64,000 bases of DNA from Polaromonas sp. Lineage in GTDB: Bacteria > Pseudomonadota > Gammaproteobacteria > Burkholderiales > Burkholderiaceae_C. The stretch lies in NCBI RefSeq assembly GCF_018780625.1, contig NZ_JADMJK010000054.1, forward strand, positions 13,437-77,436, given 5' to 3'. The position numbers and the translations under genes are program-made. The notes beneath the pieces are model-generated. The model did not search any database. It was not told where the DNA came from and was given only the letters and a program-made list of their open reading frames with translations. How positions within the stretch are numbered: the stretch's first letter is position 1; every line of letters begins with the position of its first letter. Positions 19,701 through 29,449 of this stretch are shown piece by piece.

Positions 19701-20384
19701 TCAAAACCTTGATCTGGTCTTTTCTTCAAAAGAATTTCGCGGGTGAAGGCTTTGCAGCGATTCGCGATAGCGCTCGGCCCATGCCTGCGTCCCGTTGGCG
19801 CTGACACCTACGCGCCGCAGCAGCCCATCGGCCAGGCCGTAGACCAGGCCATGAACCTCGACGCGCTGGCCTTTATGCCAGGCGCGGCGCAGCGTGGTGG
19901 TGCGGCAGACGTTGGCCACCTGCTCGATCACGTTCAATTCGCACAGGCGCGTGCTCCGCTCCGCGTCACTCTTCATGCCGTCAAGCTGTTCGGCATGCTT
20001 GTGCGCGATGTCTTCGACATGGCGCAGCCAGTTGTCCGCCAGCCCGACCGACCGCTGCGCCACGACGGCCTGGACGCCGCCGCAGCCGTAGTGGCCGACC
20101 ACCATGATGTGTTCGATCTTCAGGACTTCGACCGCGAACTGGATGACGGACAGGCAGTTCAGGTCCGAATTGACGACCAGATTGGCGATGTTGCGATGAA
20201 CAAACACCTCGCCGGGTTGCAAACCTAGTATCTCGTTGGCCGAAACGCGGCTGTCCGAACACCCGATCCACAGGTAGCGAGGCGCCTGCTGCTGCGCCAG
20301 TTCGGTGAAGTAGTGGGGGTCATCGGCCACGCGTTGCGCCGACCAGGCCTTGTTGTTGGCAAAAAGTCCGTCGAGGCTGCACAT
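19701..20384 (-). CDS. can: Beta-class carbonic anhydrase
   Basis: WIGCSDSRV, HRNIAN, GHYGCGGV zinc ligands. Confidence 0.95.
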   Translation of the reverse strand: MCSLDGLFANNKAWSAQRVADDPHYFTELAQQQAPRYLWIGCSDSRVSANEILGLQPGEVFVHRNIANLVVNSDLNCLSVIQFAVEVLKIEHIMVVGHYGCGGVQAVVAQRSVGLADNWLRHVEDIAHKHAEQLDGMKSDAERSTRLCELNVIEQVANVCRTTTLRRAWHKGQRVEVHGLVYGLADGLLRRVGVSANGTQAWAERYRESLQSLHPRNSFEEKTRSRF

Positions 20385-20404
20385 GGCGCTGTTCCGGCGA
20401 ACTA

Positions 20405-21589
20405 TTACAGGGTCTCGGCGTACAGTTCACGTCCGACCAGCATCCGGCGGATCTCGCTGGTGCCGGCACCGATTTCGTACAGCTTGGCGTCGCGCCACAG
20501 CCGGCCGACCGGGTACTCGTTGATGTAGCCGTTGCCGCCCAGCGTCTGGATCGCTTCGCCGGCCATCCAGGTGGCTTTTTCGGCCAGGTACAGGATGGCG
20601 CCGGCCGCGTCCTTGCGCAGCGAGCGCGCATGGTCGGCGCGGTCGCAGGCCTGGCCCAGCGCATAGCCATAGGCACGGCAGGCCTGCCAGGTGGTGTACA
20701 TGTCGGCCATCTTGCCTTGCATGAGCTGGAACTCGCCGATGCTCTGGCCGAACTGCTTGCGGTCATGGGTGTAGGGCAGCACTGCGTCCATGCACGCCGC
20801 CATGATGCCCAGCGGGCCACCGCACAGCACCGAGCGCTCGTAGTCCAGGCCGGACATCAGCACCTTCACGCCGCCCCCTTCCACGCCGAGCACATTCTCA
20901 AGAGGCACTTCGCAGTCTTCGAAGAAGACCGGGTAGGTGTTCGAGCCGCGCATGCCGAGCTTGTCGAGCTTGGTGCCAAAGGACAGACCTTTCAGGCCGT
21001 CCTGGCCTTTTTCGATGATGAAGGCGGTGATGCCGCGTGGGCCGGCCTCGACATCGGTCTTGGCATACACGACCAGCGTGTCGGCGTCCCCGCCATTGGT
21101 GATCCACATCTTGGAGCCGTTGAGCACATAGCGGTCGCCCTTGCGGTCGGCGCGCAGCTTCATGCTGACCACGTCCGAACCCGCATTGGGCTCGCTCATC
21201 GCCAGGGCGCCGACATGTTCGCCGCTGACCAGCCTGGGCAGGTACTTTTGCTTTTGGGCTTCGGTGCCGTTGCGGTGGATCTGGTTGACGCACAGGTTGG
21301 AATGCGCGCCATACGACAGGCCCACGGACGCCGACGCGCGCGAGACTTCCTCCATCGCGATCATGTGCGCCAGGTAGCCCAGGCCGGTGCCGCCGTATTC
21401 CTCGCTCACGGTCATGCCGTGCAGGCCCAGGTCGCCGAGCTTTTTCCACAGGTCGGCGGGAAACAGGTTGTCGTGGTCAATCGCAGCGGCACGCGGCGCG
21501 ATTTCTTCGGCGGCAAAGCTTTGCACGGTGTCGCGCAGCATTTCGATGGTTTCGCCCAGGTCGAAGGCGAGGCCGGGAAGATGGTTCAT
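20405..21589 (-). CDS. ivd: Isovaleryl-CoA dehydrogenase
   Basis: [51 protein letters not shown]. Confidence 0.93.
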   Translation of the reverse strand: MNHLPGLAFDLGETIEMLRDTVQSFAAEEIAPRAAAIDHDNLFPADLWKKLGDLGLHGMTVSEEYGGTGLGYLAHMIAMEEVSRASASVGLSYGAHSNLCVNQIHRNGTEAQKQKYLPRLVSGEHVGALAMSEPNAGSDVVSMKLRADRKGDRYVLNGSKMWITNGGDADTLVVYAKTDVEAGPRGITAFIIEKGQDGLKGLSFGTKLDKLGMRGSNTYPVFFEDCEVPLENVLGVEGGGVKVLMSGLDYERSVLCGGPLGIMAACMDAVLPYTHDRKQFGQSIGEFQLMQGKMADMYTTWQACRAYGYALGQACDRADHARSLRKDAAGAILYLAEKATWMAGEAIQTLGGNGYINEYPVGRLWRDAKLYEIGAGTSEIRRMLVGRELYAETL

Positions 21590-21631
21590 GGGTGTCTCCG
21601 TTGTGGTTATTGATCAGGTTTGCAAATAGTT

Positions 21632-24600
21632 TCAGGCAACTGCGCGCTCTGGCAGGGGCGCAGGCTGCTGGATGGCAAATTCCTTCAGCAGCTGGGCTTG
21701 GCGAGTGGCGGCAGCGCGCTCGTTGTTTTCCTTGACGTGCCCATAGCCGCGCGCGCTTTGCGGCAGGCGCGCCAATTCCAGGGCGGTCTTTGTATTGCCC
21801 TGCGTGATCTCGTTCGCTACCTTGCGCATCAGCGTCTCGAATTCACCGATGGCGGCGCGTTCGTGGCGGCGCTCGGCCGTGTAGCCAAAGATGTCCAGCG
21901 GCGTGCCGCGCAGCGCTTTGGCCTTGGCCAGGAATTTATAAGCCGTCGCAACCCATGGCCCGTAAGCGCTTTTCACCAGGTGGCCATTCGCATCGCGCCT
22001 GGACAGCAGCGGCGGCGCCAAGTGAAAGCGCAGCTTGTAGTCGCCTTCAAACTGCTGGCCGATGCGCTCGAAAAATCCGGTGTCCACATAGAGCCGCGCC
22101 ACCTCGTATTCGTCCTTGTAGGCCATCAGCTTGTACAGGCTCATGGCCACCTCTCTAGCCAGCCGGTCGCTGGCGGTGCGCTGCTGTTCGGTCGCGGCAA
22201 TGTCCCGAACCACGGCTTCATAGCGCCGGGCATAGGCCGCGTTCTGGTAGCCGGTCAAGCGCTGAATGCGGTCGGCCATCAAGGCTTCAAGGGGCATCGT
22301 GCGCGCCGGCATCAGGATCACCTGGCCGGGCTTGTCCAGGCCTGCGGCTGTGCGGACCTTGCCCAGGTCAAGGGCCGCCTGGCGGCCCCAGGCAAAAGCT
22401 GCCTTGTTCATGGCAATCGCTGCGCCGTTGAGTTCGATGGCCCGCATCAGCGAAGCCTCTTGCAGGGGAATCCAGCCTTTTTGCCAGGTGTAGCCGAGCA
22501 AGAACACGTTGGTGGCAACGGCATCGCCCATCAGCGCGGTGGCAATGGCGCTGGCGTTCAGGGAGTCGGTGAGCAGCGTCGCCTCGCTGACGCGCTGCAG
22601 TAGGGCGTCGGGCGCCGATTCCCAGTCGGGGTTCTGCGTGAACGCGCCGGTCGGGGCCACATCGAGGTTCATCACCGTGCGGGTGCGGCTGGTGGACATG
22701 GTGCCCAGCGCTTCCTTGGCGGCAGCGACCATCAGGTCGCAACCCACCACCACATCGGCCTGGCGCGAGGCGACACGGGCCGCATGCAGGCCGGCCGGCG
22801 TGGCGGCCAGGCGCACGTTGGACATGACCGCGCCGCCCTTTTGCGCCAGGCCCGCCATGTCCAGCACCAGCACGCCCTTGCCTTCGAGGTGCGCGGCCAT
22901 GCCCATCAGGGCGCCGATGGTCACCACGCCGGTGCCGCCGACGCCGGTGATCACCACGTTGCAGGGCTCATCCAGGCGGGGCAGCACCGGCATCGGCAGC
23001 CCTTGCGGGGGCGTAGCCTTGGCTTTGGACGGCTTGCGCAGCGCGCCGCCCTCGACGGTGACAAAGCTCGGGCAAAAGCCCTTCACGCAGGAGTAGTCCT
23101 TGTTGCAGGAGTTCTGGTCGATGACACGCTTGCGGCCCAGCGGGGTTTCCAGCGGCAAAATCGACACGCAGTTGGACTGCACGCCGCAGTCGCCGCAGCC
23201 TTCGCACACCTCCTCGTTGATGACCACGCGCTTGGGTGGATCGATCAGCTCCTTGCGCTTGCGCCGGCGGCGCTTTTCGGCCGCGCAGACCTGCGCATAG
23301 ACGATCACGGAAACGCCCTTCATTTCCCGCAAGCTCTTTTGCAACTCATCCATGCCGTCGCGGTGGCTGATCGGAACGCCGGCCGGCAGCCCGGCCATGC
23401 CCTGGTACAAGTCGGGCTCATCGGTCACCAGGTAGATATGCTCCACGCCTTCGGCGGCCACCTGCTGGAGAATCTGCGGAACGGTGGGCGCACCTTCGAC
23501 CGGCTGGCCGCCGGTCATGGCAACCGCGTCATTGACCAGAATCTTGTAGGTGATGTTGACGCCGGCCGCCTTGGACGCGCGAATCGCCAGCGAGCCCGAA
23601 TGCATGTAGGTGCCGTCGCCCAGGTTGGCGAAGATGTGCTCGGTGCCGGTGAAATGCGACTGGCCGATCCACGACACGCCTTCGCCGCCCATCTGGGTGA
23701 AGGTCTCGGTGCTGCGGTCCATCCACTGCGCCATGTAGTGGCAGCCGATGCCGGCGACAGCGCGCGAACCCTCGGGCACCTTGGTCGAGGTGTTGTGCGG
23801 GCAGCCCGAACAGAAGTAGGGCAGGCGCGAGCCCAGGTCCACCCGCGTGAAGCCGTCGGCGGCCTTGCATTCGATCAGGTATTCGCGGCCCTTCTCGCCA
23901 AGGGATTCAATGCCGAGCACCTTGGCGATGCGCGCGGCCATCACGTTGGCAATCGCCGCCGGCGTCAGTTCGCCGTTGGGCGACAGCAGGATGCCGTCGT
24001 GCGGCACCTGCACCCACTCGCCGGTTTCGTCGTACTTGCCGACCACGCGCGGGCGCGAGGCGATAGGCGCGTTGTAGAGCTGCTCCTTGATCTGGTATTC
24101 GATGATCTGGCGCTTTTCCTCGACCACCAGAATCTCGTCCAGGCCATCGGCAAACTCCCGGATGCACTGCGGCTCCAGCGGCCACGAGACGCCGATCTTG
24201 AGCAGGCGCAGGCCCATGGCCGCAGCGCCGTCCTCGTCGATGCCCATCATCGCCAGGGCTTCGCGCACATCGAGGTAGCTCTTGCCGGTGGTCACAATGC
24301 CGAGCTTGGCGCTGGGCGCGCTCCAGTCCTGGCGGTTGAGCTTGTTCAAGCGCACATAGTCGAGCAGCGCATACAGGCGCTCGCGCTGCAGGCGGTTTTC
24401 CTGCTCCAGCGGAGGATCGGGCCAGCGGATGTGAAAGCCGTCAGCCGGAATCGGGTAGCTGTCCGGAATCTTGATCTCGACCGCCATCGGATCGATCTCG
24501 AAAGACGACGAGGATTCGATGGTGTCGCTGATCGACTTGAAGCCGACCCAGCAGCCCGAGTAGCGCGACATGGCGTAGCCGTGCAGGCCGAACTCGATGA

Positions 24601-25147
24601 ACTCGCGCACACCCGACGGGTTCATCACTGGGATCATGGCCGCGATGAAGGCGTGTTCGCTCTGGTGCGGCAGGCTCGACGACTTGCAGGAGTGGTCGTC
24701 GCCGGCGATCAGGAGCACGCCGCCGTGCTTGGCGCAGCCGGCGATGTTGCCGTGCTTGAAGACGTCGCCGCTGCGGTCCACGCCCGGGCCTTTGCCGTAC
24801 CACAGGGCAAAGACGCCATCAACCGTGGCCTTGGCGTCCAGGCTGAGCATCTGCGAGCCCCAGACGGCGGTGGCGGCCAGTTCTTCATTGAGGCCCGGAA
24901 CGAACTTGATGTTGTGCGCGTCCAGGTGCTTGCTGGCCTTCCACAGCTCCTGGTCCACGGCGCCCAGCGGCGAGCCCCGGTAGCCCGAGACAAAGCCACC
25001 CGTGTTCAGGCCGACGGCGGCATCGCGCTGCTTTTGCGCCAGCAGCAGGCGCACCAGCGCCTGGGTGCCCGTCATGTACACGCGGCCTGCGGGCTGGGTG
25101 TACTTGTCTTCCAGCGTGACCGCTGTATTCAACTCGTTAAGGCTCAT
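21632..25147 (-). CDS. Fused indolepyruvate/2-oxoacid:ferredoxin oxidoreductase family protein
   Basis: SGYRGSPLG, FCSGCPH, GIGCH, GDGT (TPP), CEGCGDC...C ferredoxin motif, GVGGTG, GLAQKGG, KDEYEVAR. Confidence 0.93.
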   Translation of the reverse strand: MSLNELNTAVTLEDKYTQPAGRVYMTGTQALVRLLLAQKQRDAAVGLNTGGFVSGYRGSPLGAVDQELWKASKHLDAHNIKFVPGLNEELAATAVWGSQMLSLDAKATVDGVFALWYGKGPGVDRSGDVFKHGNIAGCAKHGGVLLIAGDDHSCKSSSLPHQSEHAFIAAMIPVMNPSGVREFIEFGLHGYAMSRYSGCWVGFKSISDTIESSSSFEIDPMAVEIKIPDSYPIPADGFHIRWPDPPLEQENRLQRERLYALLDYVRLNKLNRQDWSAPSAKLGIVTTGKSYLDVREALAMMGIDEDGAAAMGLRLLKIGVSWPLEPQCIREFADGLDEILVVEEKRQIIEYQIKEQLYNAPIASRPRVVGKYDETGEWVQVPHDGILLSPNGELTPAAIANVMAARIAKVLGIESLGEKGREYLIECKAADGFTRVDLGSRLPYFCSGCPHNTSTKVPEGSRAVAGIGCHYMAQWMDRSTETFTQMGGEGVSWIGQSHFTGTEHIFANLGDGTYMHSGSLAIRASKAAGVNITYKILVNDAVAMTGGQPVEGAPTVPQILQQVAAEGVEHIYLVTDEPDLYQGMAGLPAGVPISHRDGMDELQKSLREMKGVSVIVYAQVCAAEKRRRRKRKELIDPPKRVVINEEVCEGCGDCGVQSNCVSILPLETPLGRKRVIDQNSCNKDYSCVKGFCPSFVTVEGGALRKPSKAKATPPQGLPMPVLPRLDEPCNVVITGVGGTGVVTIGALMGMAAHLEGKGVLVLDMAGLAQKGGAVMSNVRLAATPAGLHAARVASRQADVVVGCDLMVAAAKEALGTMSTSRTRTVMNLDVAPTGAFTQNPDWESAPDALLQRVSEATLLTDSLNASAIATALMGDAVATNVFLLGYTWQKGWIPLQEASLMRAIELNGAAIAMNKAAFAWGRQAALDLGKVRTAAGLDKPGQVILMPARTMPLEALMADRIQRLTGYQNAAYARRYEAVVRDIAATEQQRTASDRLAREVAMSLYKLMAYKDEYEVARLYVDTGFFERIGQQFEGDYKLRFHLAPPLLSRRDANGHLVKSAYGPWVATAYKFLAKAKALRGTPLDIFGYTAERRHERAAIGEFETLMRKVANEITQGNTKTALELARLPQSARGYGHVKENNERAAATRQAQLLKEFAIQQPAPLPERAVA

Positions 25148-25253
25148 AGCTTTTCCTGGCGTTCTAGTGGGTTTCTTGTCTCATTGAACAGTTTCACAAT
25201 TTCTGCATAGTTTGTAAAATTCAATTACTTGTTAACCAATATCGGTAAAAACG

Positions 25254-26186
25254 ATGCCTATCCTCCAACCCGCGATCCGCTTCACTTTGCGCCAGCTCCA
25301 ATACTTCACAGCCGTAGCCCGGACCGGGCAGGTTTCCCTGGCGGCGATCGAACTGCATGTCACCCAATCGACCATGACCGCCGCGATTGCCGAGCTGGAA
25401 CGGGTGCTGGGCACACTGCTGTTCGAGCGCAGCCGCAGCGGCATGGCGCTGACCTATGAAGGACATTTGTTCCTGCAGCATGCCAATGCGGTGCTGGAAG
25501 TAGCCGATGAGGCGGCCCGCCATCCGTTTCGCGACCGCAGCGAGGTGACCGGAACGCTGCAACTGGCGGCCAGCTACACGGTGCTGGGTTACTTTTTACT
25601 GCCCTTTGTGGCCAAGTTCCAGAAGCAGCATCCGGGCGTTCGCATCGTGCCGGTAGAGCAGGACCGCGCCCAGATCGAAGCGAGCATCAGCGCCGGCGAG
25701 CTGGAACTGGCGGTCGCGCTCACGTCCAACATACCCGACCTCCAGCGCTTCGAGCGGCTGCCGCTGGCCCGCTCGCGGCGCCAGCTCTGGGTGGCGGCGA
25801 ATCACCCGCTGGCCGACGTGGCGCAGGTGGCGCTACAGGACGTGATGCCGTTTCCCTATATCCTGCCGCTGGTGGACGAAGGCGATATCGCGGCCATGCG
25901 CTACTGGGAACAGGCCGGATTGCAGCCCCTTACCCTGCTGCGCACGTCGTCGATGGAAGCAGTGCGGGAAATGGTGGCACTGGGCCTGGGCGTCACCATC
26001 TTGTCGGACATGGTGTTTCGCCCCTGGTCTCTAGAGGGCCGACGCATCCGCACCGTGCCGCTGAAGAATGCGATACCGGCCATGGAAGTGGGCCTGATCT
26101 GGCTCAAGAGCAAGAAACTGAGCCCAGTCGCCGATGCATTTCGCAAATACCTGGAGGTGTCGGTCAGCGCCCAGGCGGTGGAGTGA
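25254..26186 (+). CDS. LysR family transcriptional regulator
   Basis: TLRQLQYFTAVARTGQVSLAAIELHVTQS HTH; divergent from the IOR operon. Confidence 0.95.
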   Translation: MPILQPAIRFTLRQLQYFTAVARTGQVSLAAIELHVTQSTMTAAIAELERVLGTLLFERSRSGMALTYEGHLFLQHANAVLEVADEAARHPFRDRSEVTGTLQLAASYTVLGYFLLPFVAKFQKQHPGVRIVPVEQDRAQIEASISAGELELAVALTSNIPDLQRFERLPLARSRRQLWVAANHPLADVAQVALQDVMPFPYILPLVDEGDIAAMRYWEQAGLQPLTLLRTSSMEAVREMVALGLGVTILSDMVFRPWSLEGRRIRTVPLKNAIPAMEVGLIWLKSKKLSPVADAFRKYLEVSVSAQAVE

Positions 26187-26218
26187 ACGATCACGCTTGC
26201 AGGTTGTCGTCGGCACAC

Positions 26219-27439
26219 TCAGAGCTGCACAGTAGAAGGCTGCGCGTGCCGGCGGTATAGAAACAGCACCAGCACAAAGCCGCCCAACGACAACAGCGCC
26301 GAGCAAAGAAAGACGCCGGCGTAGCCGAAACCGGCAGCGATGAAACCCATCACTGGCCCCGCCATTCCCACCGCCAGATCGAAAAACAATGACAACGCGC
26401 TGAGCGCCGAACCCCGGTTGGCTGGCGGCGTTCGCGCCAGGGTTTCGAGCGCAAGTCCCGGATAGACCCAGGACACGCCAATACCCGTCAGCGCTGCACC
26501 CACCATCACGATCAAGGGCAAGGGCGCAAGCCAGACCAGCACCAGACCCAGGCTCTGCACCAGCATGCAGACCGCCACGACCCGGTAGCCACCGAAACGC
26601 GGCAACAAGCTGGAAGAAGCCAGCCGGGCAGCAATGAAGCCGATGCCAAAACCGCTCAGGCAATAGGCGGCGTTGGCCCAGCCGAGGCTGTCGAAATAAA
26701 GGGCAATGAAGGCGGTCAGGCTGCCGAACCCGGCCGAACTGCAGGCCATCACCATGCCATTGGGCATGACGGCCAGGAAGACATGGCCAAAGGGAAGTCG
26801 CACGCCCGGCACCAAAGGCGCGGGACGCTTGGTCAAGGCGAACACCAGGGCAAAAATGCCGGTCAGCGCTGTGGCCAGCCCAATGCTGGCGAGATGGAGG
26901 CCATCGCGCAGCAGCACGCCCAGCGGCGCGCCCACGGCCGTTCCGCCATAGGCGGCAATGCCGTTCCACGACATCACCTTTGCGGTATGCGGCGTGCCGC
27001 ACGTGCCAATGGCCCAGGCGCAGGAAGGCGTCGAGATCATGGCCGAAGACATGCCCAGCACGACCCGCCCGGCCAGCAGCAGCGGCAAGGCAAGCCAGGG
27101 CAGTCCGTGCAGAAAAATCGCCAGGCTGGTCAGCGCACCGCTGAGGATCAAGCCGCTCAAGCCATACACCACCGAGCGCTTGGCACCGAGCCGGTCGGCC
27201 AGGCTGCCCGCCATGGGCCGCGACAGCAGCGTGGCCAGATACTGCACGCCGATCACGATGCCGGCAACTACCGAGGTCAAGCCGAGGTCGTTGAGCACAT
27301 AGCCGGGCAGCACGGCCAGCGGCAGCCCATTGCACACATAGGAGGCGAAATTAAAGCAAACGATCAAAAGAATGGACAGGTTGATCTGTAGCGAGGATTT
27401 TCCGCTGTCATTCATCGCGGGGGATACTGTCTCAGGCAT
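26219..27439 (-). CDS. MFS transporter (YfcJ/YhhS-like)
   Basis: GLPLAVLPGYV, QYLATLLSRP.AG..AD..G, VMSWNGIAAYG. Confidence 0.88.
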   Translation of the reverse strand: MPETVSPAMNDSGKSSLQINLSILLIVCFNFASYVCNGLPLAVLPGYVLNDLGLTSVVAGIVIGVQYLATLLSRPMAGSLADRLGAKRSVVYGLSGLILSGALTSLAIFLHGLPWLALPLLLAGRVVLGMSSAMISTPSCAWAIGTCGTPHTAKVMSWNGIAAYGGTAVGAPLGVLLRDGLHLASIGLATALTGIFALVFALTKRPAPLVPGVRLPFGHVFLAVMPNGMVMACSSAGFGSLTAFIALYFDSLGWANAAYCLSGFGIGFIAARLASSSLLPRFGGYRVVAVCMLVQSLGLVLVWLAPLPLIVMVGAALTGIGVSWVYPGLALETLARTPPANRGSALSALSLFFDLAVGMAGPVMGFIAAGFGYAGVFLCSALLSLGGFVLVLFLYRRHAQPSTVQL

Positions 27440-27507
27440 TGCCACACAGACCCGTGGGAACGCGCGCCATCAGGGCTGCAATGATGAGTTGAGGAAAAAC
27501 CTGAGGC

Positions 27508-28329
27508 TCACGCGCCATTCGCACTCACAGCCGCCCTCAGCGCCGCGAACTGCGGCATGGTGGGCTGGTGCGCGTAATAGCCGCCGTCCACCGCCCAGAG
27601 CTGGCCGGTGACCCAGGACGAGCGGTCCGAGGCCAAAAACCCGACCACCTCGGCAATGTCCGACGGCAGGCCCAGGCGGCCGGTCAGCTTGTGGGCGCAC
27701 AGCACCTCGCGCATCGGCTGGGGCAATGCGCGTTCCATGGCCGGCGTGGTCACAGAGCCCACCAGCAGCGCATTGCAGCGCACGCCCTGGGCGCCATGCT
27801 GGCTGGCGACATACAGCGTCAACGTGTTGATGGCGCCTTTGGATACGGCGTAGGCGGTCTGGTAACGCTCGCCGGCGACCGAGGTGCCGGAGCTGATGTT
27901 GATGATGGAGCCGCCGCCGCCCCGGATCATCAGCGGCAGCGCGTACTTGCACATCAGCATCGTTCCGCGCACGTTGCAGCCCATCACCTGGTCCCACAAC
28001 TCGGTGCTCATGCCGAGAACATCGCCATCGGCCGGAAGGCCCTTCATCGCGGCGTTGTTGTCGAGCACGTCCAGGCGCCCATAGGTCGCGGCGGTAAACG
28101 CCATCGCCTCACGGATGCTGTCTTCCTGAGACAAATCCAGCGCGTGTGCCACCACGTCCAGCCCGTCGCTGCGCAGGCCCTCGGCCACTTCGTGCATCGG
28201 CGAGCCCGGCAGGTCGGCAATCACCACGCGTGCGCCGTCCTGCGCCAGCCGCCGGGCCGTGGCCGAGCCAATCGCGCCCGCGCCGCCGCTGATGAGCGCC
28301 ACCTTGCCTTTTAATTCCTGTCCGTTCAT
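27508..28329 (-). CDS. Short-chain dehydrogenase/reductase
   Basis: SGGAGAIG, DNNAA, YAVSK, VDGG; GGAG RBS before ATG 28329. Confidence 0.9.
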   Translation of the reverse strand: MNGQELKGKVALISGGAGAIGSATARRLAQDGARVVIADLPGSPMHEVAEGLRSDGLDVVAHALDLSQEDSIREAMAFTAATYGRLDVLDNNAAMKGLPADGDVLGMSTELWDQVMGCNVRGTMLMCKYALPLMIRGGGGSIINISSGTSVAGERYQTAYAVSKGAINTLTLYVASQHGAQGVRCNALLVGSVTTPAMERALPQPMREVLCAHKLTGRLGLPSDIAEVVGFLASDRSSWVTGQLWAVDGGYYAHQPTMPQFAALRAAVSANGA

Positions 28330-28368
28330 TCGAGTCTCCTTGTGGTTATGTTTTGTTTTTTTCATGCA

Positions 28369-29412
28369 TCAGTCCTTCATGCCTAACAGCACGCTAATGT
28401 CACGCTCGGGGTCGGCGTCCGTGCCATAAGCCATCTCGCCCCGGCTTTGTCGCGCCGCCAGCTGCTCCATCTGGAAGCGGTAGCGCGTGCCCGGCGTGTC
28501 GAAGCGCGAATGCAGGTCGGGCCGGTCGCCCGGCTCGAAATAGCATGGGTTCTGCGGCCGCACCACCGAGTTGTCCTGCGGCTGGATGACGTAGGCAATG
28601 CGCGGCATCACGTAGCGAAACGGTGCGGGCGCGGCGGTGGTGTTGAAGGTCACGTCGCCGCGCGAGCGGTGCTTGCCCACCGGCAGGAAAGGCTGGAGGT
28701 TGGGCACGTCGTAGCCCGGCCTGAAGCGCGGGTAGGAGATACACACGTTGCTGCGCAGATGCACATGCAGCACGGCCCGGAAATCCTGGAATTTGGCGCG
28801 CACGCCGCCGACCCAGCGCATGATGGGCGCGACCGACTTTTGCGTCACGGTGCGGGTGCGGGTGACGGTCTCGGAGGTCCATTCGACTTCGACCACGTCG
28901 GAGTCCGAGATGCCGTCGCCAATCGTGTTGGCATGCAAAAAGTCGGCATGCGTCAGGTCGATCAGGTTCTCGACCGACAGCGCCGACGTGGCGTCGAAGC
29001 GCACCGTGCGCTGGGTGTAGCCCGGCAGGCTGCCGTCCAGCGGCAGGAAAGGAATGTGCGGAATCATCCGGGCATCGGCATGCTCCGGATTGCCGTACCA
29101 GACCCACAGGTAGCCGTAGCGTTCGACCACCGGATACATGCCGGACCCGCCGGTGAAGGCGCTCGCTTGGGGCCGAAGGCGCTCCAGCTGGTCGGGCCGG
29201 AACTCCGCCGCCATCGGCCGGCCGTGCTGGCGCCAGAGGAAGTAGAGCTGCGCGTGGATGATGCGGCGGATCGGCCGCTCGCTCACGTCGCGGCTGTGCG
29301 ACACCGGGAACCAGGTGTCCCGCAGGTCGTAGTTGATGGGCGTCCAGTCGCGGCGCGGCGCTTTGCGCGGCGCCTCAACGAACAGGGCTTCGGCGAGGGT
29401 GGCGGTGTTCAT
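28369..29412 (-). CDS. Rieske-oxygenase catalytic (mononuclear Fe) subunit lacking Rieske ligands
   Basis: ENLIDLTHADFLH and QD iron ligands present; no Cys in the N-terminal domain; YPVVERYGYLWVW scaffold retained. Confidence 0.82.
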   Translation of the reverse strand: MNTATLAEALFVEAPRKAPRRDWTPINYDLRDTWFPVSHSRDVSERPIRRIIHAQLYFLWRQHGRPMAAEFRPDQLERLRPQASAFTGGSGMYPVVERYGYLWVWYGNPEHADARMIPHIPFLPLDGSLPGYTQRTVRFDATSALSVENLIDLTHADFLHANTIGDGISDSDVVEVEWTSETVTRTRTVTQKSVAPIMRWVGGVRAKFQDFRAVLHVHLRSNVCISYPRFRPGYDVPNLQPFLPVGKHRSRGDVTFNTTAAPAPFRYVMPRIAYVIQPQDNSVVRPQNPCYFEPGDRPDLHSRFDTPGTRYRFQMEQLAARQSRGEMAYGTDADPERDISVLLGMKD

Positions 29413-29449
29413 GAAAACTCCTGTTGCGGGCAACTTTGGCGTTGATGAC

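Noticed and set aside
22784-25210. Long antisense ORFs (808 aa here; also 11426-13054, 35508-37835, 52421-54667)
   Set aside because: They are shadows of well-supported genes on the opposite strand, which is common in high-GC DNA, and they carry no motifs.
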